DNA of 64,000 nt from Alphaproteobacteria bacterium. GTDB lineage: Bacteria; Pseudomonadota; Alphaproteobacteria; UBA7985; JAUIBT01. Positions within the stretch are counted from its first letter, which is position 1, and every line of letters begins with the position of its first letter. Positions 29,278 to 39,326 of the stretch are shown here, one piece after another. Made by a program: the position numbers and the translations under genes. Location: the NCBI GenBank assembly GCA_030428255.1, contig JAUIBT010000018.1:18378-82377 (forward strand). Direction: 5' to 3'. The notes under the pieces were generated by a model that searched no databases, had not been told where the DNA came from, and worked only from the letters and a program-made list of their open reading frames with translations.

Positions 29278-30675
29278 ATGACAAACACATCTTTTGACTT
29301 GGTGGTTTTGGGTGCGGGGCCCGGCGGCTACGTGGCCGCCATCCGCGCCGCCCAATTGGGCTTGAAAACCGCAATCGTCGAGCGCGAGCACCTGGGCGGC
29401 ATTTGCCTAAACTGGGGCTGTATCCCGACCAAAGCGCTGCTGCGCTGTGCCGAGGTGGCGAGCCTGGCCAAGAACGGCGCGCAGTTCGGCGTCACCATTC
29501 AGGGCATCAGCTTTGATTTGGAGCGCATGGTCAAGTACAGCCGCGATGTCTCGGCGCGCTTGGCTGGTGGCGTCGGCCACTTGCTGAAGAAGAACAAGGT
29601 CGAGGTCATCATGGGCAGCGGCAAGCTGGCAGGTAAGGGTCAGCTACAGGTCACCGATGCCAAAGGCGCAAGCACGACCATATCGGCCAAGCACATTATC
29701 CTGGCGACCGGCGCACGGGCCCGCGTTCTGCCGGGCCTGGAACCCGATGGCGAACTGGTGTGGACCTACAAGGAGGCCATGGTGCCCAAGCGGGTGCCCA
29801 AGTCGATGATCGTCGTCGGTTCCGGCGCGATCGGCATCGAATTTGCCAGCTTCTATAATGCTATTGGCGTCGATGTGACCGTGGTTGAGGTCATGGACCG
29901 CATCCTGCCGGTTGAAGATGCCGATATCTCGAAGGAAGCCGAAAAGCAGTTCAAAAAGCACGGCCTGAAGATCATGACTAAGGCCATGGTCAAGAAACTG
30001 GATCGGGGCCAGGGGCAGGTCACGGCGCACATTGAGCAAAACGGTAAGATGCAACAGCTCACAGCGGACGTGCTGATCTCGGCGGTTGGTATTACCGCCA
30101 ATACCGAAGGGCTGGGCCTGGAGGTCACCAAGGTCAAGTTGGACCGTGGCCACGTGGTGACCGATGGCTATGGTCGCACCGACGAGCCTGGCGTCTATGC
30201 CATTGGTGATATCGCGGGCGCGCCCTGGTTGGCGCATAAAGCCAGCCACGAAGGCATGATTTGCGTTGAGAAAATCGCGGGCCTTAACCCCCACACTATG
30301 GACAAGACCGGAATTCCGGGCTGCACCTATGCGCACCCACAGGTGGCGAGCGTTGGCCTGACCGAGGCGGCGGCCAAAGACGCGGGCTACCAAATTAAAG
30401 TCGGGCGGTTCCCCTTCATGGCCAACGGCAAAGCCATCGCTTTGGGCGAGGACCAGGGCTTCATCAAAACCATTTTTGATGAAAAAACCGGTGAGCTGTT
30501 GGGCGCTCATATGATCGGCGCTGAAGTGACAGAGTTGATTCAGGGCTACACCATCGCTAAGTCTTTGGAGACAACGGAGCTGGATCTGATGCACACGGTC
30601 TTCCCGCACCCCACGCTGTCTGAAATGATGCACGAGTCGGTGTTGGACGCCTATGGGCGTGCGGTTCACTTCTAA
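29278..30675 (+). CDS. lpdA: dihydrolipoamide dehydrogenase
   Basis: GAGPGGYVAA, GGICLNWGCIPTK, GSGAIG.EFA, HPTLSE. Confidence 0.97.
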   Translation: MTNTSFDLVVLGAGPGGYVAAIRAAQLGLKTAIVEREHLGGICLNWGCIPTKALLRCAEVASLAKNGAQFGVTIQGISFDLERMVKYSRDVSARLAGGVGHLLKKNKVEVIMGSGKLAGKGQLQVTDAKGASTTISAKHIILATGARARVLPGLEPDGELVWTYKEAMVPKRVPKSMIVVGSGAIGIEFASFYNAIGVDVTVVEVMDRILPVEDADISKEAEKQFKKHGLKIMTKAMVKKLDRGQGQVTAHIEQNGKMQQLTADVLISAVGITANTEGLGLEVTKVKLDRGHVVTDGYGRTDEPGVYAIGDIAGAPWLAHKASHEGMICVEKIAGLNPHTMDKTGIPGCTYAHPQVASVGLTEAAAKDAGYQIKVGRFPFMANGKAIALGEDQGFIKTIFDEKTGELLGAHMIGAEVTELIQGYTIAKSLETTELDLMHTVFPHPTLSEMMHESVLDAYGRAVHF

Positions 30676-30720
30676 CGCCACCGGTCTGCTGAAGGGCGGG
30701 CCTCAAGGATTGCCAAAGCC

Positions 30721-31677
30721 ATGACGACTTCTGTCGAGACCCAGGCGAAGCCTAAGCTGCGCCACCCGGAAAAGGCCAAGAACCCCGACGCTCCGCGCTT
30801 GAAAAAGCCGGAATGGCTCAAGGTTAAGGCCCCTACTGCGGGCATGTTTGAGCAGACCCGCAAAGTCATGCGCAACAACTCGCTGGTTACGGTCTGCGAG
30901 GAAGCGGCCTGTCCGAACATCGGCGAGTGCTGGTCTAAACGCCACGCCACCATGATGATCATGGGCGAAACTTGCACCCGCGCATGCGCCTTTTGCAACG
31001 TAGCGACGGGCAAGCCCGGCGCGTTGGACCCCTTCGAGCCCTTCAACGTCGCCAAGTCCGTTGCCGAGCTGGGCTTGCAGCACGTGGTTGTGACCTCGGT
31101 TGACCGCGACGACCTAGACGACGGTGGCGCTCAGCATTTTGCTGAGACGATCCGCGCCATCCGCGAGGCTTCGCCCGGCACCACGATCGAGGTGCTAACG
31201 CCTGATTTCTTGCGCAAAGGTGAGGCGTGGAAGATCGTGGCCGACGCGCGCCCGGATGTCTTCAACCATAATCTGGAGACCGTGCCGCGCCTCTATGCGC
31301 CGGTGCGCCCTGGTTCGCGCTACTATCAGTCCTTGCGCCTGTTGGACGAGGTCAAGCGCTATGATCCCAGCATCTTTACCAAATCTGGCTTAATGGCGGG
31401 CTTGGGCGAAGATCGGTTAGAGGTGCAACAGGTGATGGATGATCTGCGGGTTGCGGACGTGGATTTCTTGACGCTGGGCCAATACTTGGCGCCGACGCCC
31501 AAGCACTTTCCCATGGACCGCTTCGTGACGCCCGACGAGTTCAAGGAATACGAGCGTATGGCCTATTCGCGCGGCTTCTTGCTGGTGGCCTCATCGCCCC
31601 TGACGCGCTCTTCCTATCACGCGGGCGAGGATTTTGAGCGCCTACGGGCAGCGCGGCAAGCTCAGACGATGATCTAA
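30721..31677 (+). CDS. lipA: lipoyl synthase
   Basis: [27 protein letters not shown]. Confidence 0.97.
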   Translation: MTTSVETQAKPKLRHPEKAKNPDAPRLKKPEWLKVKAPTAGMFEQTRKVMRNNSLVTVCEEAACPNIGECWSKRHATMMIMGETCTRACAFCNVATGKPGALDPFEPFNVAKSVAELGLQHVVVTSVDRDDLDDGGAQHFAETIRAIREASPGTTIEVLTPDFLRKGEAWKIVADARPDVFNHNLETVPRLYAPVRPGSRYYQSLRLLDEVKRYDPSIFTKSGLMAGLGEDRLEVQQVMDDLRVADVDFLTLGQYLAPTPKHFPMDRFVTPDEFKEYERMAYSRGFLLVASSPLTRSSYHAGEDFERLRAARQAQTMI

Positions 31678-31692
31678 GCGGCTGCGAACCGC

Positions 31693-32412
31693 GTGGACAC
31701 AACCCTTATCATCATTGCTTTGGGCAGCTTTTTCGCGGCGCTGGTCAACGCCGCTTTGGCCACGGGCGGTATCTATATCTTGCTGTTGACCAGCATGTCC
31801 GTGGTGCCGGTCACGTCGGCCATTGCTCTGCAGACGGTGTTTTCCGCCGGCTCCTTGCTCGCTCGTATTGTTTTGTTTTGGCGGCACGTTCGCTGGCGTA
31901 TTGTCGGCTTTTTCATGCTGGGCGCGCTGCCGGGGGTCGGCTTGGGGGCCTGGGGCTTTGTCAGCCTGCCTGAGCGCAGCCTGACGCTGATCTTGGGCTG
32001 TGTGATCCTGGTCCTGATTTGGCTTCCTAAATCTAGGCAGCCGCTGCAGTCGCGTCGCGCCTTTGTTGGCATCGGTACTACACACGCTTTTCTTGGCACC
32101 ATGCTGGGGATCGGGGGCGTGTTGCAGGCCATGATCTTGCGCACCGACCTCAATCGCATGGCAATCACTGGCACGTTGGCCTGTTCCATGCTGCTGCTGG
32201 ATGTCTTGAAGACCAGCTCCTACATCGGGCTTGGCTTTTCCTACACGAATTTTTGGCCACATATCCTAGCTGCGAGCCTGTCGGGCATTGCAGGAGTCTA
32301 TGTTGGCAAGCGGATTTCGCATGCCCTGCCTGAACGGGTGTTCCGCTTGGCCTTTCGCTTGTTGGTCTCCTTTGCAGCCCTGCGTTTGGTCTATTTGGGC
32401 CTGACCAGCTAG
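31693..32412 (+). CDS. TauE/SafE (TSUP) family sulfite/organosulfur exporter
   Basis: Two-fold repeated hydrophobic architecture with Gly-rich helices (ALATGG; TMLGIGG), ~8 TM segments. Confidence 0.75.
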   Translation: MDTTLIIIALGSFFAALVNAALATGGIYILLLTSMSVVPVTSAIALQTVFSAGSLLARIVLFWRHVRWRIVGFFMLGALPGVGLGAWGFVSLPERSLTLILGCVILVLIWLPKSRQPLQSRRAFVGIGTTHAFLGTMLGIGGVLQAMILRTDLNRMAITGTLACSMLLLDVLKTSSYIGLGFSYTNFWPHILAASLSGIAGVYVGKRISHALPERVFRLAFRLLVSFAALRLVYLGLTS

Positions 32413-32584
32413 GCGACGTGAGCCAAGCCTGGATCAACAAGATTGAGGCTATTTCGTGCAAGCCATTGGCATGAATTGCAAAATCCCGTGAGGCGTGAAA
32501 GGGTGTCAGGGTTGGCCAAGGACTCCATGGCCCGAAACCATGACTTGTGCCAACGGTCCGATCTGCTGTTCGAAAGGCACAATC

Positions 32585-33148
32585 ATGCAAAAAACTCAAG
32601 GACATCTGCTCATACCTTTAGCCGCTGGGTTCGCCCTGGCCCTTGTCGCTGCCTCCCTGGTGTCGACGGGAAGCGCTAGCGCGCAAAACACCACAGTTCG
32701 CGACCACCGAACGGGTGGTACAAAGATTATTCGCGACCACCGCATCGGTTCTATAAAACTGACCAACGACGAATGCACCCAACTGGGGGGCGAGGTCAAA
32801 GAGACCGGAAAAAGCATTTGCGCCTCGGCTGAGTACTGCAAGCGCGTCGGGGCTGATGGCAAAACCTATCGTGTTTGCATCACGGCTGCGACAACCGCCA
32901 CGACCGGAGGCTCATCGGGTGGCAGCAGCGGCGGCACAAGCACCAAAATCAAGCGGCCAAAGACCGGCACCACGATCTTCCAGCCGCCGACCAAAGTTTT
33001 CACGAGCAACTTGACCGAAGCCGAGTGCAAGGGTTTGGGGGGTGTGGTGCGTCAATCCACCGATTGCGGCGTGGTCAATACGACCTGCGTCACGACCGAT
33101 CAGGACGGAGTCATTCGCACCGCCTGCATCAATAAGCTGACGGACTGA
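32585..33148 (+). CDS. hypothetical secreted protein with two 4-cysteine repeat modules
   Basis: AAGG before ATG, signal peptide ending ASA; two LTxxECxxLGGxV...C...C...CI modules. Confidence 0.75.
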   Translation: MQKTQGHLLIPLAAGFALALVAASLVSTGSASAQNTTVRDHRTGGTKIIRDHRIGSIKLTNDECTQLGGEVKETGKSICASAEYCKRVGADGKTYRVCITAATTATTGGSSGGSSGGTSTKIKRPKTGTTIFQPPTKVFTSNLTEAECKGLGGVVRQSTDCGVVNTTCVTTDQDGVIRTACINKLTD

Positions 33149-33174
33149 CGAACCGACAGACCGACGAACTGACG
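33137..33174. repeat. degenerate 8-bp tandem repeat (~5 copies) spanning the stop codon
   Basis: ctgacgga ctgacgaa ccgacaga ccgacgaa ctgacg. Confidence 0.8.
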
Positions 33175-33264
33175 CTTCTAAGCGCCGATGTCGCCTTGAG
33201 GAAAGCCGCAAGGACAGATGCGTGCCACCGCTGTAGCGATTATAAAGCACAGCGGGGAGATAAG

Positions 33265-34236
33265 ATGACAACAGCGCTTAAAGTAGGCTTTGTAGGCCTG
33301 GGCAATGTAGGCGGCAAACTGGCGGGCTCTGTCTTGCGCAACGGCTTCGAGTTGACCGTGCGCGACCTTGATACTGCCGCCGCGCAGGCCTTTTTGGATA
33401 AAGGTGCCCATTGGGCTGACAGCCCACGTGCGCTGGCCGAACGCTGTGATGTTGTCATCACCTGCTTGCCCAGCCCTGCGGCTTGTTCGGCTGTGCTTGA
33501 GGGCGACGATGGGCTGCTGCACGGCCTAGGACCGGGCAAGATCTGGATGGAGATGTCCACCACGGACGCCAGCGAGGTTCAGCGCATGGCGGCCTTGGTA
33601 CAGGCCAAAGGTGCAGAGGCGGTGGATTGTCCTGTCTCAGGCGGCTGTCACCGTGCCGCCACCGGCAACATCTCCATCTTCGCGGGGTGTTCGCGGGCGA
33701 CCTTCGAGCGCATCTTGCCCTTGCTGACCACGCTCGGGCGCCGCGTGTTGCACACTGGCGATATCGGCACGGCGTCGATCCTGAAGGTCATGACCAATTA
33801 TCTGGCCACCGCCAATTTGGTGACTTTGTGCGAAGCACTGACCACCATGAAAGCAGCCGGTTTGGATCTCAACACCACCTATGAGGCCATCAAGATCTCC
33901 TCAGGCAATTCGTTTGTCCACGAGACCGAGAGCCAGGTGATCTTGAATGGCTCGCGGGACATCAACTTCACGATGGACTTGGTGTCCAAAGACATTGGCT
34001 TGTTCCAGTCCATTGCCGAGGCGGGCAACGTGCCGCTTGAGGTGTCGCCGCTGTTGGTGTCGATCTTCAAGGACGGGCAGGCGCGCTACGGTGACCGCGA
34101 ATGGTCGCCCAACATCATCAAGCGCTTGGAAGACGCGACGGGGCTGAGCATCCTGGCTCATGGGTTTCCAGCTGAAATTTTGGACGACGAACCCGAAGAG
34201 CCGGGCTATGAGGTTGTGCCTCCAGGGCGAAGCTAG
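33265..34236 (+). CDS. NAD(P)-dependent beta-hydroxyacid dehydrogenase (3-hydroxyisobutyrate dehydrogenase family)
   Basis: GFVGLGNVG, EMSTT, DCPVSGG, LKVMTNYL, F.MDL..KD. Confidence 0.85.
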   Translation: MTTALKVGFVGLGNVGGKLAGSVLRNGFELTVRDLDTAAAQAFLDKGAHWADSPRALAERCDVVITCLPSPAACSAVLEGDDGLLHGLGPGKIWMEMSTTDASEVQRMAALVQAKGAEAVDCPVSGGCHRAATGNISIFAGCSRATFERILPLLTTLGRRVLHTGDIGTASILKVMTNYLATANLVTLCEALTTMKAAGLDLNTTYEAIKISSGNSFVHETESQVILNGSRDINFTMDLVSKDIGLFQSIAEAGNVPLEVSPLLVSIFKDGQARYGDREWSPNIIKRLEDATGLSILAHGFPAEILDDEPEEPGYEVVPPGRS

Positions 34237-34309
34237 ATCACGGCTACATGGCGCGGTCGTTTCCGATCGCGCCACGTTAGTCCCGCCACGTTCGTCCCAC
34301 TAGCAGAGG

Positions 34310-35284
34310 TCAGTCGGCCTTTATGTCAATGACCACGCGGCCCTTGTAGCTATTGGCCATGATGTCCTCGGCCGCCTTCAGTGCTTGGCTCATGGGGCGC
34401 AGCTCGACCATGGCCTCAATCTCGGCAGGCGTCAGCAACTCTGCCAAACTTTGCCAAGCGCGCAGCCGCTTTTCCCGTGGCGCTTGCACCGAATCGACGC
34501 CGACCAAACTCACGCCGCGCAAAATAAAGGGCATGACAGTTGCCGGCAAATCAAAGCCTTGCGCCAGGCCGCAAGCCGCGATGCTGCCGCCGTACTGAGT
34601 CTGCGCAAGCGCGTTGGCAAGGGTGTGAGAGCCGACGCTGTCAACCGCGCCCGCCCAGCGCTCTTTGCCCAGCGGGCGGCCTTTTTCGCTCAATTCGGAT
34701 CGGTCGATGATCTGGCTGGCACCCAGCCCTTTGAGGAAATCAGCTTCGCTGGCTTTGCCGGTTGACGCCCAGACCTCAAAGCCCTTCTTCGCCAGCAGCA
34801 AGGTGGCAAAGCTGCCAACCCCACCGGTCGCGCCAGTGACCAATATGGGTCCTTTATCGGGCGTCAGGCCTTGATCTTCAAGCACATGGACACAAAGCAT
34901 GGCCGTGTAACCCGCTGTGCCGATTGCCATGGCGTGCAGAGGTTCCAGCGGCTGCGGGATCGTGATGAGCCAATCGGCGGGCACACGCGCTTGACTGGCC
35001 AGCGCGCCCATGCGGGTTTCGCCCATGCCGTGACCGTTGACGACAACCGCCTGTCCCGCATTGGGGCCTTCTGCGATGGTGCCCGCAAAATCAATGCCCG
35101 CAATCATCGGCCAGGTGCGCACGACGGGGCTGAGGTTCATCATGGCCAGACCGTCTTTATAATTGATGGTTGAATAGGCCACATCTACCAGCACACCCTC
35201 GTCCCCCAACTGGCTTTGGTCCAGGGCTTCGAGCTGGCAGGAAAATTCGCCGTTTTGGTCTTTTCTTAGCATCCAAGCGCGCAT
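34310..35284 (-). CDS. acuI: acryloyl-CoA reductase AcuI/YhdH (MDR family)
   Basis: INYKDGLA, AIGTAGYTAMLCV, LVTGATGGVGS, DSVGSHTLAN, TVMPFILRGVSL.GVDSV. GGAG before ATG 35284. Confidence 0.85.
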   Translation of the reverse strand: MRAWMLRKDQNGEFSCQLEALDQSQLGDEGVLVDVAYSTINYKDGLAMMNLSPVVRTWPMIAGIDFAGTIAEGPNAGQAVVVNGHGMGETRMGALASQARVPADWLITIPQPLEPLHAMAIGTAGYTAMLCVHVLEDQGLTPDKGPILVTGATGGVGSFATLLLAKKGFEVWASTGKASEADFLKGLGASQIIDRSELSEKGRPLGKERWAGAVDSVGSHTLANALAQTQYGGSIAACGLAQGFDLPATVMPFILRGVSLVGVDSVQAPREKRLRAWQSLAELLTPAEIEAMVELRPMSQALKAAEDIMANSYKGRVVIDIKAD

Positions 35285-35434
35285 GGCGGTGGTCTCCTTT
35301 TGGGTCAGCAAGGGTAGGGGGCGGTTGACAGCAGCAGCCCTCGCCGGGCGTGATCGCTGAAGTAGGGCACGCAGCAGTTGCTCTTGGCGCTGACGGTCTG
35401 TGTGATCAGGGGCAAACAGGGCGCAGCCTCCCAA

Positions 35435-35469
35435 CAAAAAGGCCGGCACTCCTAACAGGAGCCCGGCCC
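35435..35469 (-). terminator. intrinsic terminator after leuD
   Basis: Minus strand GGCCGGGCTCCT-gtt-AGGAGTGCCGGCC-TTTTT. Confidence 0.75.
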
Positions 35470-35479
35470 GGTCTAAGTG

Positions 35480-36097
35480 TTAAGCTGCCTCAGCGGGTGT
35501 CAGCCAAGGGCGGGTGCTTGCATCACCGCCTTCGAAAGAGGCGATCTGATCGGAACTCTCCAACGTGATGCCAATGTCGTCCAGGCCGTTCAGCAGGTTG
35601 TGGCGACGGAAGTCTTCCAGTTCGAAGGCAATGACTTCACCGTTCGCGCGGGTGATGGTTTGCGCCTCCAGGTTCACGTCGATGCGGCTGGCCTGGTTGG
35701 CGTCCTTCATCAGCTCGTCGACAACGGCGGCAGGCAGCTTGATCGGTAGAATGCCGTTCTTAAAGCAATTGTTATAGAAAATGTCGGCAAAGCTGGGTGC
35801 CAGGATAACCTTGATGCCATAGTCCAGCAGCGCCCAGGGCGCGTGCTCGCGCGAAGAGCCACAGCCAAAGTTATCGCGGGTCACCAGAACGCTCGCACCG
35901 TCGAACTGCTCTTGGTTCATAAAGAAGTTCGCGACCGGCGAGCCGTCCTCCTTAAAGCGCAGGCGGTTGAACAAGCCTTCGCCTAAGCCTGTGCGCTTGA
36001 TGGTCTTCAGGTAGTCAGCAGGGATCACCATGTCAGTATCGACGTTTTGCAGATCCAAAGGCGCGCTGGTGCCAGAGTGCGTGGTGAACTTTTCCAT
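35480..36097 (-). CDS. leuD: 3-isopropylmalate dehydratase small subunit
   Basis: NVDTDMVIP, NFGCGSSREHAPWAL, SFADIFYNNCFKNG, LLNGLDDI. Confidence 0.96.
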   Translation of the reverse strand: MEKFTTHSGTSAPLDLQNVDTDMVIPADYLKTIKRTGLGEGLFNRLRFKEDGSPVANFFMNQEQFDGASVLVTRDNFGCGSSREHAPWALLDYGIKVILAPSFADIFYNNCFKNGILPIKLPAAVVDELMKDANQASRIDVNLEAQTITRANGEVIAFELEDFRRHNLLNGLDDIGITLESSDQIASFEGGDASTRPWLTPAEAA

Positions 36098-36280
36098 AGG
36101 GACGAGAGTCTCCGCGAAGTGAATGACTGGGATTTGACGGCCATAGGTGCCAGGACTGAGCCCGGACTGCAAGGCGCAAATCGCCCTCTTGCATGAAAGC
36201 ACTTGCCTGCTTAATGTGCGCAGCCTATTCCTCCCGTTACCCCTCTTGTACTCGAATACTCAGCGAAGGCCCGCGAACGC

Positions 36281-37684
36281 ATGTCAGCCCCTAAGACCCT
36301 GTTTGATAAGATCTGGGACAGCCACGTCGTCAAGACCAACGATGATGGAACCCGCTTGATCTACATCGACCGCCACTTGGTCCACGAAGTCACCTCGCCC
36401 CAGGCCTTTGAGGGCCTGCGCATGGCTGGCCGCAAGGTGCGCCGTCCTGAGCTGACTTTGGCCGTTCCCGATCACAACGTACCAACCGAAGGCCGCGCCA
36501 ACGGCATCGACGAAGAGATGTCGCGCATCCAGGTCGATACGCTGCGCAAGAACGCCAACGAGTTTGGCGTGCAGTTGTTTGACATGCTGGACGTGCGTCA
36601 GGGCGTGGTCCACATCATCGGCCCCGAGCAAGGCTTTACCTTGCCGGGCATGACTATTGTCTGCGGTGACAGCCACACTTCAACTCACGGCGCGTTTGGC
36701 TCGCTGGCCTTTGGTATCGGCACCTCAGAGGTCGAGCACGTTTTGGCCACTCAGACGCTGATTCAAAAGCCCGCCAAGAACATGAAGGTTGAGGTCACCG
36801 GCAAGCTGGGCCTTGGCTGCTCTGCCAAAGACATCATCTTGGCGATCATCGGAAAAATTGGCACCGCTGGCGGCACCGGCTACGTCATGGAATACTGTGG
36901 CGAAGCGATCCGCGACCTGTCGATGGAAGGTCGCATGACCATCTGTAACATGTCGATTGAGGGCGGCGCACGCGCGGGCCTGATCGCACCGGACGAGAAG
37001 ACCTTCGAATACCTGAAGGGCCGTCCCATGGCGCCGAAGGGCGAGGATTGGGATCAAGCGGTTGCCTATTGGAAGACCCTGCCCAGCGACGAGGGCGCAC
37101 AGTACGACCTGGTGGTCACATTGGACGCTTCAGAAATTGCTCCTCAGGTCTCTTGGGGCACGTCGCCGCAAGACGTTGTGCCAATTACCGGCAAGGTGCC
37201 GAACCCAGGCGACTACGACGACAATCGCGCCGCTGCAATGGAGCGCAGCTTGGACTATATGGGTCTGAAAGCTGGCACACGCATGGAAGACGTGGCGATT
37301 GATACCGTGTTCATTGGTTCCTGCACCAATGGACGGATCGAAGATCTGCGCGAAGTTGCCAAAGTCGCCGAAGGCCGCAAGGTCAAGGACGGCGTGCGGG
37401 CAATGGTGGTTCCGGGCTCCGGCCTGGTGGCGCAGCAAGCCGACGAAGAGGGCATTACCGCGAAACTGCGCGAGGCTGGTTTCGACGTGCGCGAGCCTGG
37501 CTGCTCCATGTGTCTGGCCATGAACCAAGACCGCCTGAAGCCGCAAGAGCGCGCGGCATCAACCTCAAACCGCAACTTTGAGGGCCGCCAAGGCAAGGGC
37601 GGACGCACGCACCTTGTCTCTCCGGCCATGGCTGCCGCAGCGGCAATCACGGGCCACCTGACCGATGTGCGCCAGATGGACTAG
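36281..37684 (+). CDS. leuC: 3-isopropylmalate dehydratase large subunit
   Basis: [54 protein letters not shown]. Confidence 0.97.
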   Translation: MSAPKTLFDKIWDSHVVKTNDDGTRLIYIDRHLVHEVTSPQAFEGLRMAGRKVRRPELTLAVPDHNVPTEGRANGIDEEMSRIQVDTLRKNANEFGVQLFDMLDVRQGVVHIIGPEQGFTLPGMTIVCGDSHTSTHGAFGSLAFGIGTSEVEHVLATQTLIQKPAKNMKVEVTGKLGLGCSAKDIILAIIGKIGTAGGTGYVMEYCGEAIRDLSMEGRMTICNMSIEGGARAGLIAPDEKTFEYLKGRPMAPKGEDWDQAVAYWKTLPSDEGAQYDLVVTLDASEIAPQVSWGTSPQDVVPITGKVPNPGDYDDNRAAAMERSLDYMGLKAGTRMEDVAIDTVFIGSCTNGRIEDLREVAKVAEGRKVKDGVRAMVVPGSGLVAQQADEEGITAKLREAGFDVREPGCSMCLAMNQDRLKPQERAASTSNRNFEGRQGKGGRTHLVSPAMAAAAAITGHLTDVRQMD

Positions 37685-37753
37685 GGTGGCGGCCTGTTTG
37701 ACTAAAGCCTGACAAGCCGGACATCGACAAGTTGGGCTCTGGCCTTTCCAATT

Positions 37754-37784
37754 AGGGGTTGCGTGACTGCGTGACCCCTTTTTT
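37754..37784 (+). terminator. intrinsic terminator after leuC
   Basis: AGGGGT...ACCCCT-TTTTT; the loop contains a TGCGTGAC direct repeat. Confidence 0.7.
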
Positions 37785-37862
37785 GTGCCCGCAGCGTGCC
37801 CCTGTAAACGGCTCAAACCTGACCTCCACCAGGCTGTTGGCCGCATCAAGAAGGAAGCGAGC

Positions 37863-39248
37863 ATGTCAATACCCAGCGTTAATATTGCCCCGAAACTCCG
37901 CTGCTGGCTGGCGACCGGTGTTGCGCTTGTGGCCTTGGGCTGGATGCAGCCCAGCGCAAGCTTGGCGAATGACGGCGTGGCCTCCATGGCCGGTGGCGGT
38001 CTCACGTTTGGAAAGTCCGACGTCGTGCAAATGGAAGCCGAGACGCTGGTCATTGATCTGGATGAACCAAGCATTCGTCTGCGATACGCTTTCCGCAATC
38101 CCAGCAAGGACCCGCAGACGCTGAAGGTGGCTTTTCCTTTGCCCATCATCCCACTGGAGGCGCTCTTGGGGTATGGGGATTCTATGGTACAATTGGAAGG
38201 TAATATCTCCGCCCCTTATGTCGACTTCACCACCACGATCAACGAGCAAGACCAACCGACCCAACGCGTCCTAGAACTGGTGTGGGACGGTGAGGTCATT
38301 GCCACGCAACCCTTGGGCGTTGCTGAGGCCTATGGTCCGGCCGCCATGGCACTCTATAAAGAGCACGCGCCGGTCAAGAATGAGGGCGATCCATGGGAAG
38401 GTGTCGAGCAGCCGGAAAAAACCGGTGTGCGGATAACATATGTGTGGGACTACACCTTCTATACGACCGACTACGAAGACTCGGTGCCCATCATTGTCGA
38501 GCACAGCTATACCCCGGTACTCGGTGCTTTTGTTGACAGCATTCTAGATCCCAAGCAGTACGACTGGGAGAATCCAGACAGCCAACCCGCGAGCCCTGAG
38601 GACGAAGAAGAGTGGTACGGTCCCCATCGTCGCTCGCGCTGTTTGGACGCCCCACGCAATCATGAACAAGTTCTGCAGCTTTTGGCTTACAAAGCCAACA
38701 GGCCAGACAATGTCTTTACTTTTAACCGCCCGGTGGGTTTCTTTGGTACCCAGTACCTGTCCTATATCCTGACCACAGCCAACACCTGGGCAGGGCCAAT
38801 CCAAGATTTCAAATTGGTCATCAAAGCAGGTCCAAGCCTTCGCTACGTCTTTTGCGAGGAGGACTACGGCATCCCAAGCTTTGCACCAGGTCAGGTTAGC
38901 TACGAAGTGAAGGACTTTGTGCCCAGCCGCGAACTCGAGATTGAGATGGTGGATATCTTCCAGCACTGGAAATTCAAGGGCGCACGAGCTGCTGAGCGCG
39001 CCCTGAACAGCCAGACCTTGCACTGGACCCCGCAGGCCGACGCGCCGGGGGCCTACGTTTGCAAGCTGGATGTTTTCGGGGATAATTTCTTAGCCGCCCG
39101 CAGCAAACCATCCTCTAAGGGCAAAGAGGTCGCGCGGTTGCATGCGGGCACTTATGTGCAGGTTCTGGACAAGTCCAAGAGTTGGCGCTTGTTACGCTTG
39201 CCAGATGGCACCGAGGCTTGGGCATTTTCAAAATACCTCTGCGACTAG
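37863..39248 (+). CDS. secreted DUF4424-like protein with C-terminal bacterial SH3 domain
   Basis: Signal peptide then NDGVASMAGGGL; YILTTANTWAGPI.DFKLVI; C-terminal LAARSKPS..G..V..L..G..V.VL....W......G..AW.FSKYL. Confidence 0.75.
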   Translation: MSIPSVNIAPKLRCWLATGVALVALGWMQPSASLANDGVASMAGGGLTFGKSDVVQMEAETLVIDLDEPSIRLRYAFRNPSKDPQTLKVAFPLPIIPLEALLGYGDSMVQLEGNISAPYVDFTTTINEQDQPTQRVLELVWDGEVIATQPLGVAEAYGPAAMALYKEHAPVKNEGDPWEGVEQPEKTGVRITYVWDYTFYTTDYEDSVPIIVEHSYTPVLGAFVDSILDPKQYDWENPDSQPASPEDEEEWYGPHRRSRCLDAPRNHEQVLQLLAYKANRPDNVFTFNRPVGFFGTQYLSYILTTANTWAGPIQDFKLVIKAGPSLRYVFCEEDYGIPSFAPGQVSYEVKDFVPSRELEIEMVDIFQHWKFKGARAAERALNSQTLHWTPQADAPGAYVCKLDVFGDNFLAARSKPSSKGKEVARLHAGTYVQVLDKSKSWRLLRLPDGTEAWAFSKYLCD

Positions 39249-39255
39249 GGCTCTG

Positions 39256-39326
39256 GCGGTCCTAGTGTGCGGTGGACTAGGTGAGCGGTCTTGGTGTGCG
39301 GTCTTGGTGTGCGGTGGCCTAGGTGA
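39256..39326. repeat. composite tandem repeat A-B-A-A-B (A=GCGGTCYTRGTGT, 13 bp; B=GCGGTGGMCTAGGTGA, 16 bp)
   Basis: Read directly: A 39256-39268, B 39269-39284, A 39285-39297, A 39298-39310, B 39311-39326. Confidence 0.85.

Noticed and set aside
29644-30681. 345-aa minus-strand ORF (and similar shadows over pdhC, aapP, serA, parA)
   Set aside because: Fully antisense to well-supported housekeeping genes; no independent coding signal.
39256-39326. Repeat cluster as a mini-CRISPR
   Set aside because: Units of 13-16 bp are directly adjacent with no unique spacers, and no cas genes are present.
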